A stretch of DNA of 64,000 nt from Marinomonas sp. (GCA_039967435.1 JBDVRS010000006.1:507882-571881), one strand, 5' to 3'. Shown: positions 18,669-29,300, numbered from the stretch's first letter. The notes: a model not told the origin generated them from the letters alone. Translations and numbers: made by a program.

Positions 18669-19916
18669 TTGCTTTATCACGCCCACGAAATGCAAAAAGC
18701 ATGGCTGTCGCACGCCAGCTCTTTGGCCTCAATCGGCGCAGAAATGCTGACCAATCCGCTTAATCCTTTGGGGTATACCGGGCTTGGCCCAATGGCGGCA
18801 TCTGCGCTCGAAGTCTTCGCCCATGCCACGGCTGTTTATGGCAAGCCGGCCTTTGGGATTGAAGTGATTGAAACGGGCGGCAAAAGCTACCCTGTGATCG
18901 AATCCACCGTCGTCAATAAAGCGTTTGGCGATTTGAAGCGTTTCCGCCTCGAGGGCCTCGACACTGAAGGCGGCACAGACCGCCCGAAATTGCTCATCGC
19001 AGCGCCGATGAGCGGGCATTACGCGACCCTGCTGCGCGGCACGGTCGAACGCATGCTGCAATCTTGCGAGGTCTACATCACCGATTGGGCCGATGCGAAG
19101 ACGGTTCCAGTCAGCGAGGGCCATTTCGATCTAGATGATTACATCGATTATCTCATCGAATTCCTCGACCATATCCGCGCCAGTCAAAATGGTGAGCGCC
19201 CGCATATGATGGCCGTGTGCCAGCCTTCTGTGCCTGCCTTTGCTGCCACCGCTCTGATGAACGCGCAAAAGCATCCCGCACGCCCGCAAACCCTCACTAT
19301 GATGGGCGGGCCGATTGATACGCGCGAGAGCCCGACTTCGGTCAATGATATGGCGATGAAGCGCCCGATTGAATGGTTCCAGAACACCGTCATTGCGACC
19401 GTGCCGATGCAGCACCGCGGGGCAGGCCGCGAGGTCTATCCCGGCTTTATGCAGCTCGCCAGCTTCATGAGCATGAACCTCGGCAGCCACATGACCAGCC
19501 ATTATGAAATGTTCAAACATTTGAACGCGGGCGATGATGATAGCGCGCAAGCAACCAAGGATTTCTACGACGAATATCGCAGCGTGTGCGATATGACCGC
19601 CGAATTTTACCTGCAAACGGTGGAAGAGGTGTTCCAAACCCACTCCATCCCCAACGGCGAATTTCGTCATAAGGGCGAGCTGGTGGATTTGAACGCGATC
19701 AAAGACACCGCATTGCTGGCCATCGAAGGCGAGCGCGATGATATCTCAGGGCTCGGCCAAACCAAAGCTGCGCTGAAATTGGCGGGCAAATTGGCTGAGA
19801 AGAAAAAGCGCTATTACATGGCCGAGGGTGCGGGGCATTACGGCATTTTCAACGGCAGCCGCTGGCGGGGCAAAGTTGCGCCAGTGGTTGAGGAATTTAT
19901 CGCGCAACACGGATAG
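18669..19916 (+). CDS. phaZ: Intracellular polyhydroxyalkanoate depolymerase
   Basis: APMSGHYATLLRGTV, VYITDW, AVCQPSVP, MGGPID, EGERDDISG and GHYGIFNG. Start is probably TTG 18669, after GAGGA. Confidence 0.92.
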   Translation: MLYHAHEMQKAWLSHASSLASIGAEMLTNPLNPLGYTGLGPMAASALEVFAHATAVYGKPAFGIEVIETGGKSYPVIESTVVNKAFGDLKRFRLEGLDTEGGTDRPKLLIAAPMSGHYATLLRGTVERMLQSCEVYITDWADAKTVPVSEGHFDLDDYIDYLIEFLDHIRASQNGERPHMMAVCQPSVPAFAATALMNAQKHPARPQTLTMMGGPIDTRESPTSVNDMAMKRPIEWFQNTVIATVPMQHRGAGREVYPGFMQLASFMSMNLGSHMTSHYEMFKHLNAGDDDSAQATKDFYDEYRSVCDMTAEFYLQTVEEVFQTHSIPNGEFRHKGELVDLNAIKDTALLAIEGERDDISGLGQTKAALKLAGKLAEKKKRYYMAEGAGHYGIFNGSRWRGKVAPVVEEFIAQHG

Positions 19917-19940
19917 ACGCATGGGTAAGTGGACGCTGAC
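19884..19940 (+). repeat. 57-bp imperfect direct repeat, copy 1 (phaZ 3' end, stop, and start of next gene)
   Basis: 49/57 identical to 20704-20760 by hand alignment. Confidence 0.88.
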
Positions 19941-20736
19941 AGAAACGGTCTCCACACAGGCCGGAACGGTGGCCGCAGGACGGGCCGGCGATGGCCCGCC
20001 ATTGGTTCTTGCGCATGGCTGGCCGTGGTCCTCTTTTTCGTGGCACCGCGTCATTCCAGCACTTGCCGAACGCTACAGCCTCTATTGGTACGACATGCCC
20101 GGCTATGGCCGTTCGGATCAGCAGCAGGCGCGCACATCCTTGGACGTGCAAGGCGCAGTTTTTGCCGAAATGCTAGAGCATTGGGGGCTGTCAAAGCCGG
20201 GGGTTCTCGCCCATGATTTTGGCGGAGCGACGACGTTGCGCGCGCATTTGCTGCATGGCTGCGAATATGAACATCTCACCTTGCTGAATGTGGTGGCGAT
20301 CAGCCCATGGGGATCGGATTTCTTCGATCATGTCGGCAAGCATGTTGCCGCCTTTGAAGGCCTGCCCCCGCATATTCACCGCGCTATTGTTGACGCCTAT
20401 ATTGGCGGCGCATTCGCAGCTCCGATCGATGAGAATGACAGCAAATGCCTGGCCGAGCCATGGCTATCAGCAGAGGGCCAGCGCAGTTTCTATCAGCAAT
20501 TTGCGCAGGCCGATGAAGCCTACACAGATGAGTTTGAAGACCTGCTGAGCGCAGTCCGCTGCCCTGTCAAAATACTGTGGGGCGAGGATGACCCGTGGAT
20601 CCCGCTGGCACGCGGCAAGCGCCTGCATGATTTGATCCCGGGTTCGACATTCAAGGCTTTACCGAATGCTGGCCATATGCCGCAATTGGAGGTTCCGGAG
20701 TTGGTGGTTGAGGAATTCATCGCCCAAAACGGGTAG
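19921..20736 (+). CDS. Alpha/beta-fold hydrolase
   Basis: LVLAHGWPWSS, YDMPGYGRS, AHDFGG (Asp at the nucleophile elbow), ILWGEDDPWIP and AGHMPQLE. Confidence 0.88.
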   Translation: MGKWTLTETVSTQAGTVAAGRAGDGPPLVLAHGWPWSSFSWHRVIPALAERYSLYWYDMPGYGRSDQQQARTSLDVQGAVFAEMLEHWGLSKPGVLAHDFGGATTLRAHLLHGCEYEHLTLLNVVAISPWGSDFFDHVGKHVAAFEGLPPHIHRAIVDAYIGGAFAAPIDENDSKCLAEPWLSAEGQRSFYQQFAQADEAYTDEFEDLLSAVRCPVKILWGEDDPWIPLARGKRLHDLIPGSTFKALPNAGHMPQLEVPELVVEEFIAQNG

Positions 20737-20760
20737 ACGCATGGGTGAGCAGACGCTGGC
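20704..20760 (+). repeat. 57-bp imperfect direct repeat, copy 2 (hydrolase 3' end, stop, and a 7-codon ORF start)
   Basis: 49/57 identical to 19884-19940, 820 bp downstream. Confidence 0.88.
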
Positions 20761-20877
20761 CTAAGCAGGCCAAACGCACCAAAAGCAGACATTCTGCTAA
20801 CGACCCAATTGCGGACCTAGACTGAGAGTTTGGCAAATTGATCTCTTGCCATTGCACTGCTGGTTCGAAAGCAGGCC

Positions 20878-20892
20878 ATAACTATAGGCTAT
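20878..20892 (+). promoter_or_regulatory. LysR-type box upstream of the D-amino acid dehydrogenase
   Basis: ATAAC-TATAG-GCTAT, a T-N11-A core with near-dyad arms; similar to 29542-29556. Confidence 0.5.
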
Positions 20893-20948
20893 GTTGAACG
20901 GCAGAGTTTGCCCTCGTAGTTGCCAAACATATCTCACACGCTTTTCAC

Positions 20949-22166
20949 ATGGCGCGCGCTAAGAATGTTATTGTGGTTGGAGCTGGTATTGTTGGTGCCG
21001 CTAGCGCCTTTGCATTGGGCAAAGCAGGGTGGAAAGTTCGGATCATTGAGGAAGCAAAGGGGCCTGGTTTAGGTGCTTCTTTCGGCAATGGTCGCCAGCT
21101 CAGTTACAGCTATACAAATGCCCTTGCGAGCCCAGCGATATTGCGCGAATTACCCAGACTAGCTTGTGGCAAAGACGATGCCTTTCGCATGGCGCTTCCT
21201 TTTACATTTTCGAGCATGATTTGGCTGACGCGATTCTTGCGTAATTGTGCCGCTCACCGATCTACTCACAACACTCTATCGGCTCTTGCTCTGGCGGAGA
21301 AATCACGTTGTGAAATGGAGTCTCTGCTTACCCAATTTCCTATCGATTTCGAGCACAAGAGAGCAGGGAAATTGACTGTTTTTCAGACAGACAAAGCGTT
21401 CAGGGTCGCTCAAAAATTGATGCAGACAAAGGTCTCTGCAGGATCAAATCAAAAACCGCTCACCGCTGAGGAGGCGATCGAAGTCGAGCCCGCACTTGCC
21501 CAATATGCGAAGCTGGCTGGAGCAATTTATGCACCCGGCGACAGCACCGGCAATTGCTCACTGTTCGCCGAAAGTTTGATCGACTTGGCGTGCGAGAAAT
21601 TTGGCGCTGAGTTTCATGGCGGGGTCCGCGCAAGCTCGATTGAAGATTACGGCAAGACAGCGGGCCTCGTCTGCGATGATGGAGCCGTGTATGAAGCGGA
21701 TCAATTGGTGGTTTGTGCAGGCCATTATTCACATCGCTTGCTTGAGCCATTGGGCTACCGGCTTCCGGTGGTAGCGATGAAAGGCTATTCCTTTACAGCC
21801 CCAAAATCGGCGCTCGCACCGAAAGTCTCGGTTACCGATAGCTCCAGAAGAATTGTGCTGACCGATTTAGGGGACCGTCTTTTGGTCGCAGGCGCTGCCG
21901 ATTTGGGCGACGATAGATCCGGATACTCAATGACGCGGATGGGCAGCGTCCTAAATGCTGCCAGAACTGCCTTTCCAGATGCCGCAGACTACAGCTGTGC
22001 GGGGGAATTTTGGGCAGGTCATCGGCCGCTCACACCCAACAGTCTGCCAGTTACAAAGCGTTTGTCGCATTCGGTTGCAGTGAATACCGGTCACGGCATG
22101 CTGGGTTGGACATTGGCGATGGGATCGGCTGCGGTGCTTACAGAGGTACTAAAAGATACGCTCTAA
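20949..22166 (+). CDS. FAD-dependent D-amino acid dehydrogenase (DadA family)
   Basis: VVGAGIVGA dinucleotide fold, GASFGNG, KGYSFT, WAGHRPLTP and NTGHGMLGWTLAMGSA. Confidence 0.85.
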   Translation: MARAKNVIVVGAGIVGAASAFALGKAGWKVRIIEEAKGPGLGASFGNGRQLSYSYTNALASPAILRELPRLACGKDDAFRMALPFTFSSMIWLTRFLRNCAAHRSTHNTLSALALAEKSRCEMESLLTQFPIDFEHKRAGKLTVFQTDKAFRVAQKLMQTKVSAGSNQKPLTAEEAIEVEPALAQYAKLAGAIYAPGDSTGNCSLFAESLIDLACEKFGAEFHGGVRASSIEDYGKTAGLVCDDGAVYEADQLVVCAGHYSHRLLEPLGYRLPVVAMKGYSFTAPKSALAPKVSVTDSSRRIVLTDLGDRLLVAGAADLGDDRSGYSMTRMGSVLNAARTAFPDAADYSCAGEFWAGHRPLTPNSLPVTKRLSHSVAVNTGHGMLGWTLAMGSAAVLTEVLKDTL

Positions 22167-22172
22167 TATCGA

Positions 22173-23408
22173 TCATACGTCATCGTCAGAGATATATTCC
22201 TCAACATCAATCTCACCCGCCATACGGCCAACAGCAACGGCAACGGTCGCATCGCCTGTGACATTGGTCATGGTCCGCATCATATCCATGATGTGATTGA
22301 TTCCGGCGACAAAGGCGATGGTTTCAAGCGGCACGCCAATGGAGGTGAGCACCAAGCTCATCATGATCAGTCCAGATCCCGGAATGCCCGCAGCGCCAAC
22401 AGAGCCCAAAGTCGCGGTAAGCGCGATCAAGAGGTAAGAGGTTAGCGTCAGGTCGATGCCGTAAAGCTGCGCCCCGAATATCGCCACCAACCCAAGATAC
22501 ATGGCTGTGCCGTTCATATTGATTGTCGCACCCAGCGCGACAACAAAACTTGAAACAGAGCGCGAGACGCCAAGGTTGCGTTGCACACATCGCAAGGTGA
22601 CAGGCAAAGCGGCATTGGAGGACGCGGTTGAGAACGCGACCACTTGGGCATCCAATATCCCGCGATAAAAGTCGACCACAGGCAGTTTTGCAATTGTCTT
22701 GAGGATCAGTGGATAGACAAGCAGAATGATGATTAGGCACCCAGCGTAATTTAAACCCACCATCGTCGCCAAGGGGACCAAGGCTGCAAAACCAAATGTG
22801 CCCATGACCCACGCCATTAGAGCGAAGACACCGAAGGGCGTTAGCTCCATTACGATCATGGTCATTTTCTGCATCACAGCAGCGCCTGCATCGACGAATT
22901 TTATGATCGGTTCAGCTTCTTTGCCAGCCATCAGCAAGGAAATGCCGAACAGGACTGCAAAGATAATCAGTGGCAGTATTTGCCCCTCTGCCATGGTCAT
23001 GACAGGATTTTCCGGAACCAATGCAAGTAGCCTGTCGGTCCATGACAAATTGGCAGGCGGCGGAATGCTTGCCCCATCGGGCAGCGTCACGTTTAACCCT
23101 ACACCAGGTTCAAAAACCGTCCCCATTGTTAGGCCCAGCGAGATCGAGACCAGCGCTGTGAAGAGAAAAAGCATCAACGCCTTGCCGCCAACATTCCCAA
23201 GCTTTTTCAAATCGCCCAATGCGGCGATCCCGGAGACGAGCGAAAAGAATATGAGAGGAACGATCAGCATTTTGATCGAGCGGATAAATAGATCGCCAAT
23301 CCACTTTATGCTCTCCGCTTTTTCGCCGAATAGATAACCGGCAATTATGCCCAGCACTAACGCTGCGATTACCCGCTTCCACAAGGGAATTGCGAACCAG
23401 CTTTTCAT
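22173..23408 (-). CDS. Dicarboxylate/amino acid:cation symporter (DAACS, GltP/DctA family)
   Basis: FSTASSNAALP, GATINMNGTA, GAAGIPG and DMMRTMTNVTGD. Start moved to ATG 23408, after AAGGA. Confidence 0.93.
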   Translation of the reverse strand: MKSWFAIPLWKRVIAALVLGIIAGYLFGEKAESIKWIGDLFIRSIKMLIVPLIFFSLVSGIAALGDLKKLGNVGGKALMLFLFTALVSISLGLTMGTVFEPGVGLNVTLPDGASIPPPANLSWTDRLLALVPENPVMTMAEGQILPLIIFAVLFGISLLMAGKEAEPIIKFVDAGAAVMQKMTMIVMELTPFGVFALMAWVMGTFGFAALVPLATMVGLNYAGCLIIILLVYPLILKTIAKLPVVDFYRGILDAQVVAFSTASSNAALPVTLRCVQRNLGVSRSVSSFVVALGATINMNGTAMYLGLVAIFGAQLYGIDLTLTSYLLIALTATLGSVGAAGIPGSGLIMMSLVLTSIGVPLETIAFVAGINHIMDMMRTMTNVTGDATVAVAVGRMAGEIDVEEYISDDDV

Positions 23409-23419
23409 CTCAGCATCCT

Positions 23420-25084
23420 TCAATCAGGTTTAGTTACGGTTGGAGGTTTGCTCATCATTGCGCAGTCAGCATGGGCCGATCGTCCCGCTCTCAACAAAGG
23501 TTGGCCGGCCAATTCAGAGCTATATTGCCCTTCTGTGATTGCCAGCTTGCCATTTACGATGACAAAAACAGCGCCAGAAGACAGCTCTTTGGGCTGCGCA
23601 TAAGTCGCATTGGGCCGAAAAGTTCTCGGATCGAACACGGCCACATCTGCGGCCATACCGGCGGCCAATGCGCCGCGATCTTTCAAGCCCAAAATTTGAG
23701 CCGGTAGCGCCGTACTGCGTCTGATGAACTGGGCCATTGATAGCAATTTTTCATCCACTACCAAATCCCGATAGGCCTTGGGGAAGCTGGCATATTTGCG
23801 CGGATGTCCGGTGCTACCATCTGAACCTGTTGCGACCCAAGGCTGAACAGCCAATGCATTGATGTCCTGTGTATTCATGACAAAGGAGGCCACACGCATA
23901 TCTCCTTGCTGCAGCAATCCAATCGCCGCTTCGACAGGACCCATTCCTTGTGCTTGGGAATAATCCGATAAGGTCTGGCCTGTTTTTGCTTTGAAAGCTC
24001 CCAAGCTGCCGGTGAAGAGCAATCTCTCAGCCCCGCCGCGGCGCTTTAGATTGGCCTCCATCTCTTCAGCAATTTTTGCTCTGGTTACTGGCTCTTTTAA
24101 GCGAAGGCGTAGGCCCTCAAGGCCGCCATCCAGCGCCCAACGCGGCACAATCGCATTGCTGATACGCGTGCCGGATGCTTCCCAAGGATATTGATCAGCG
24201 GTGACAGATTGGCCGGTCGCTCTCGCCGCGGAAATCATGTCGATAATTCGCTTGCTTCGGCCCCAAACGCTGGGGCCTAAAGCCTTAATATGGGCAATAT
24301 GCACCGGTATTTGTGCGCGTTTGCCAATCGCTAGAGCCTCTGCAACTGACCTCTCAAGGCCTATAGAATAGTCGCTTTCATCGCGCATATGCGTATCATA
24401 ATAGCCGCCATGCTCGCCCGCTACAGCAGCAAGCGCCGCGACTTCGTCAGTTTTTGCAAAGTTCTGGGGAGCATAATAAAGTCCAGCTGAAAAACCGGCC
24501 GCCCCTTCGCACATTGCGCGCTCCAATTTGGCTTTCATCAACTCCAATTCAGCTGTTTGCGGAGAGCGGTTTTGTTTGCCGAGTACACTTTCGCGCAAAG
24601 GGCCAAAGCCAGCAAGATACACTGCATTGGTGCCAATACCCCTTGCTCGCGCAGTTTGGGCCTGTGCCGCGATATCACTGCCGCCAAAGCCATCATTCCC
24701 AACCACCACAGTTGTGACCCCTTGGAAAAGATAAGGTAGGTTTGCGCGCCTTTTGCGGTCTTGGGAGACGAGATCTTTGTCAGCATGCGTGTGCGGATCG
24801 ATGAAACCAGGGGCAACAATTAGATCGGCGGCATCCAAGGTTTGTTTGGCAGCGGCTTCCGAATGCGCTTCACCCACAAACACGATCTTATTCTCGGCAA
24901 TTCCAATGTCGCCGATCCGCCCCTGCGCACCCAATCCATCATAGATGAGCCCTCCTTTGATAAGCAGATCAAGTTTAGCCTCTTGGGGCACTTCGATAGG
25001 CTCTGGTAACGCGGCGCATGAAGTCAAAAAAAGGCCTGCTGTCAGGCTGGTAAGAACGTGAGTCTTTAACTTCCAACTCATCAT
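23420..25084 (-). CDS. N-acyl-D-amino acid deacylase-like amidohydrolase, lipoprotein
   Basis: APGFIDPHTH, THMRDE, HIAHIK, TGSDG, HPRKYASFP and GMAADVAVFD; lipobox LTSC; GNDG where GNCG is expected. Confidence 0.85.
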   Translation of the reverse strand: MMSWKLKTHVLTSLTAGLFLTSCAALPEPIEVPQEAKLDLLIKGGLIYDGLGAQGRIGDIGIAENKIVFVGEAHSEAAAKQTLDAADLIVAPGFIDPHTHADKDLVSQDRKRRANLPYLFQGVTTVVVGNDGFGGSDIAAQAQTARARGIGTNAVYLAGFGPLRESVLGKQNRSPQTAELELMKAKLERAMCEGAAGFSAGLYYAPQNFAKTDEVAALAAVAGEHGGYYDTHMRDESDYSIGLERSVAEALAIGKRAQIPVHIAHIKALGPSVWGRSKRIIDMISAARATGQSVTADQYPWEASGTRISNAIVPRWALDGGLEGLRLRLKEPVTRAKIAEEMEANLKRRGGAERLLFTGSLGAFKAKTGQTLSDYSQAQGMGPVEAAIGLLQQGDMRVASFVMNTQDINALAVQPWVATGSDGSTGHPRKYASFPKAYRDLVVDEKLLSMAQFIRRSTALPAQILGLKDRGALAAGMAADVAVFDPRTFRPNATYAQPKELSSGAVFVIVNGKLAITEGQYSSELAGQPLLRAGRSAHADCAMMSKPPTVTKPD

Positions 25085-26292
25085 TTCTCAGGAGTTTTCA
25101 GCAAGGTTTCCATCACCGCCATCGCGGATTGTTTGCCGATCCGGCCAATCAGTTTTCTATCGGTTTCGTCCCCAATCTCGAAGGTCACGCCGGGCACGCC
25201 ATATGTGTCGAAGACATGGGCTTTGGAAACGGGTCTTCCGACAGTATGGCGAGCATCGCGCACCACTTCATAATCTGTCATCCGTTCTTGATAACGGGCA
25301 AGCCAATCGCGCGTAAATAACGGCGGGTCAGTCGGAAGCTCATCTGGGATAGAATAAAATATATCGCGCTGGGTCGAATGGAAATCCAACATCAGACGCA
25401 AGTTTTGATTGGGGGCACTTTCAACCCTCTCCAAAACGCCCTGCATCAGCCTCGTCTCTGGCTGTGTAAATGGTCCCCAATCACGGTTGAGATCAATCCC
25501 GCCAGTATTGTGGCGCCAATGGCCTTTCACCACACCATCAGGGTTGAGCAATGGCACCGCGATGACTTCGAACCGATCCCGAAAACGTTTGGCAAGCGGG
25601 TCATCCCCCAGAAGGGTTTCGACAAACGGGAACATTGCCAAAGCCCCGGTGACTTCTGGTGGATGCTGCCGTCCCACCAAAACCAACTGTTCGCGCGCAG
25701 CCTTATTGCCAAATCGAATGATTTCAATTGGGCGCCCTTCAGCAGAGCGGCCAAGCAAAGAGCGCCTTATGCTGCGTTCCGCCTCCAAACCATCAAGCCA
25801 GCTATCATATGTTGCAGGCACGACAATCTCTTGGGCAGAGACGAAAATTGGGTCGGTGCCAGCAGTCAAAGTGAGCCGCGCCATTTTCTTTCCGGCGAAT
25901 TCGGACAGCTCGACATGGCTCTCGCTTAATCGTGTCCAGACTTTGCCATCTGTGCTGACTTTGGGCCAATAGCGATGCCCGCACTCTGTATAATTCAGAT
26001 CGATTTTGACCTGCTGCTTCATCCCGGCTTGCACTCGAAACGCATACCAAGCGCTGCAATTGATCGGAGGGGCATCCTCGGGCGAGAGCACGATTTTGAC
26101 ATTGCCGGATTGACCGACTGAACAAGAGGCTAGGGCCCCGGCAGGAAAGTCGGTGTCGATCGCAACTATGCCGTTGCTACAACGCGCATTCTCTACATTG
26201 AGCGGCATTGGTTGCGCAGGCCTTGTCGGCGCAGTCATGCAACTTGAAAGCATGACCGCGCCGCTCAAAGCAAATATCAGGCGGCGAAACAT
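25081..26292 (-). CDS. M14 zinc carboxypeptidase (cytosolic-carboxypeptidase/Nna1-like), lipoprotein
   Basis: RQHPPE (HxxE), NPDG, DLNRDW, DFHST, and an N-terminal WYAFRV domain; lipobox LSSC. Confidence 0.87.
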   Translation of the reverse strand: MFRRLIFALSGAVMLSSCMTAPTRPAQPMPLNVENARCSNGIVAIDTDFPAGALASCSVGQSGNVKIVLSPEDAPPINCSAWYAFRVQAGMKQQVKIDLNYTECGHRYWPKVSTDGKVWTRLSESHVELSEFAGKKMARLTLTAGTDPIFVSAQEIVVPATYDSWLDGLEAERSIRRSLLGRSAEGRPIEIIRFGNKAAREQLVLVGRQHPPEVTGALAMFPFVETLLGDDPLAKRFRDRFEVIAVPLLNPDGVVKGHWRHNTGGIDLNRDWGPFTQPETRLMQGVLERVESAPNQNLRLMLDFHSTQRDIFYSIPDELPTDPPLFTRDWLARYQERMTDYEVVRDARHTVGRPVSKAHVFDTYGVPGVTFEIGDETDRKLIGRIGKQSAMAVMETLLKTPEK

Positions 26293-26352
26293 TCGGGTGT
26301 CTCCTTTTGCTGAAACAATGGTGAATGGCCGCCAGACTGCGGATTTATCAGA

Positions 26353-29300
26353 TCAGAAGTCCTTCCGCAGCGATACTGTAAATTGGCGTCCGCGAGCAGA
26401 ATGAAGGTTGCTGAAGAAACCGAAGCTCTGATCCGCGATCGGTGGCTGCTTGTTGAAAATATTATTGAAGCCGACCCGCAAGCGGGTGCCGTCAAGGCCC
26501 GTGTCATTTTCAATTTTGTAGCTAATCGCAGCGTTCATCGTGAACCAATCATCGACTTGGAACAGATCACCAGTGTCGTCTTGCACAAGGCTGGTATCAG
26601 ACACTTTACCGACATAACGGCCAAACAAACTCACCCGAACAGGCCCGCTGTCCCAGCGCACAGAACCACTGAAACGCCATTTGGGACGACCATTCAACTG
26701 GCGCACCTGCCCGGTGTTAGCAATGCTAATGCCTGGCAAGGTTCCGTCGTCGACAGCATCAAGCAAGGTCTGGCCATCTGCACCAGGGCTTTGGAAGAAT
26801 GAATCCAGATAGGCTGCATTCACTTTGAGGTTGAAATCACCAAGGCCAAAATCAGGCACTTTGTAGAACACACCAAAGTCCCAACCCTTTGATACACGTG
26901 TATCCAGGTTCAGATATGGATCGAGCACACGAATAATATCGCCTGCAGCCTCTAAGCCGGTGCCAGCGAACAAGTCGATCTGATCTTGATCGGGTGCAGC
27001 ACGCTCAACATTGGGATTGGTGCCGCCATTCAGACGCTGAACAAGGTCTAGTGCGATTTGGTTGGAGTCTCCGAACACACCTACAATGCCCTCTTGTTTG
27101 ACGCGCCAATAATCAGCAGTCAGAGTGAGGCCAGGAATAAAGCCCGGCTCAAGGACTAGACCAAGATTGACGCTTTCAGTGTCCTCTGGTTGCAGTTCGT
27201 TTGTACCCGTCCGCAAACTGACGGTTCCTGAACCTGAGCAGTCATCAAAACTGGCAATCTCGGCCTTCGCAATTTGTGCTGCGCATTGCACAAAATCATC
27301 GCGAGTGTTCGACCGTGTTGTTCCCAGATCATTGACCTGGATTAGGTTAGGCGCACGGAAGCCTTGCGACCATGCCCCGCGCAGCAGGATTCCATCGGTG
27401 ACAGTCCATGCCGCTGCAGCGCGCGGCACAATCGCCGTTTCCTTAATATCGCTGAAGCGCTCCAACCGGCCAGCGAGCTGAACGGTCAATTCTTCCATCA
27501 ATGGTATGCCCATGTCAGCTGACACAAGCGGTATGAAGGTTTCAGCGAAGACTGAATATACCTCGCGATTGCCGCTAGTGTCGGGTGATGGGCTGGAGCC
27601 CATCACATCGCTGCCAAAGAAGTTTCCATTGAACGCGTTGGTGAAGGTGGTTGTGCCATCCAAGCGTGGATCGCGATCATCTTCGAATGTCTCGCGCCGG
27701 AATTCCACCCCGGTTGCGAGGCCCACGTTACCGCCAGGCAATGTGAATAGATCAGACTTGGAAAGCTTGAAATCTGCCAATGCAAGGGTCGTCTCGCCCT
27801 TACGGAATACATCAATCACAAATGTATCAATCACAGACTGCGGGTTTGCGGTGCAATCGCCGCTATCCACATTGTCAACGCAGGCGCCATTAAACGGATT
27901 GTAGGCCGTGCTATCTGTGCGGTTAATTGCAGCTTGGAACAGTGAATTTGAGATCCGATTGCTCGTGAAATCATTCGTGTTGGCTTGCGAATACAGCAGA
28001 CCGGCATCGAAATCCCACCCAAAGAAGTCACCGCGCAGACCGCCGACAAGACGGAATACATCTTTCTTCACACGAACGTTGCGCGGCCCAGCGTCGATCG
28101 GGCGATAGTCTTCGATAATAATCGTAGCGCCATCAGGGCCAATGCCGTCAATACCACTGGTTAAGCGGTTCGGATTAGGAGAACCGTCAGCCAAGGTTGC
28201 GGCCCCGAGCGGGTTCCAAAACGCAGTTGGCAGAACAGGAATCGGTGCTGCTGTGAGGTTTGAGCGCTGTTCAAGATTACGGTTGGAATCCGAACGATAA
28301 TATGATCCCTCTGCATAGAATTCGACAGCCGGACTTAGCTCATAGCGAAACAGACCCGATACGCTGTAGCGATCCTTTTCTGAGAAAAGGTCACGATCGC
28401 CTTCGATATTGTAACGCTGGGCGCGCGTCTGTGTCGTGCCGTTATCTGCACAAATGCCGTTGCCAAGGTCAAGAAAACGGCTGTCAGAAATCGCATTGAC
28501 GTCTTCGAATGCTCCGCATGGGCGAACGAAAAAGTCATCGTCGTTGAGATCAGTTGACCCACGGGATGCTTGAATATCGAACTCACCCCACGGGCTGTCA
28601 TTCGAACTGTTGTCAATCTGGGTATCGCCTTCAAACGCGGTACCCTCAACGAACCGGCGGCGATCACTGTCAGAGGCGTAATCGCGGATGGAGGACGGCG
28701 CGCCATTCTCGTGGAAGTAATAACCGTAGAGCGAGAAATTGCCGCGCCCTTCGCCAAAATCAAAGCCATATCCGGCACGCAGCGAAGTGCTGTAGAGGCT
28801 GGTTCCCGTCGATGCGCGGTAATTGCCTTGGACATAACCTCCGTCCAAATCACCTCGAAGAATGGTATTGACCACGCCAGCAACAGCGTCTGCTCCATAA
28901 ACCGCTGAGGCGCCATCACGCAGAACCTCAACACGGCGCACACTCCCGGGCAGAATTTGGTTGGTATCAGGCGACACGACCGGGACCAAAAGCTCAGTTT
29001 GGAAGCCAGGGTTAAGCACCATTCGGCGTCCGTTGACCAAAAGCAATGTATTGCCAGTTCCGATGCCTCGAAGGTTAATCGATGCGATATCGCCGCGCGC
29101 ACCATTGACACCGCCAACGGTGCTTTGGTCGTTAAAAGCTACAGAGCCTGCTTGCGGGATCGCCCGAAACAGTTCGTCGCCCGATGCCGGATCAATAACA
29201 TCAACATCTGCTTCTCCCACGACAGTGATTGGAAGGATATCGTTGATCTGTGCGCCTTGAATGCGCGTACCAGTAACCACAATGGCAGTTTCTTGCGCAT

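Noticed and set aside
20858-20876. GGTTCGAA resembling a tRNA T-loop at the island edge
   Set aside because: Flanks do not form the T-stem and no cloverleaf can be built, so there is no evidence for a tRNA attachment site.
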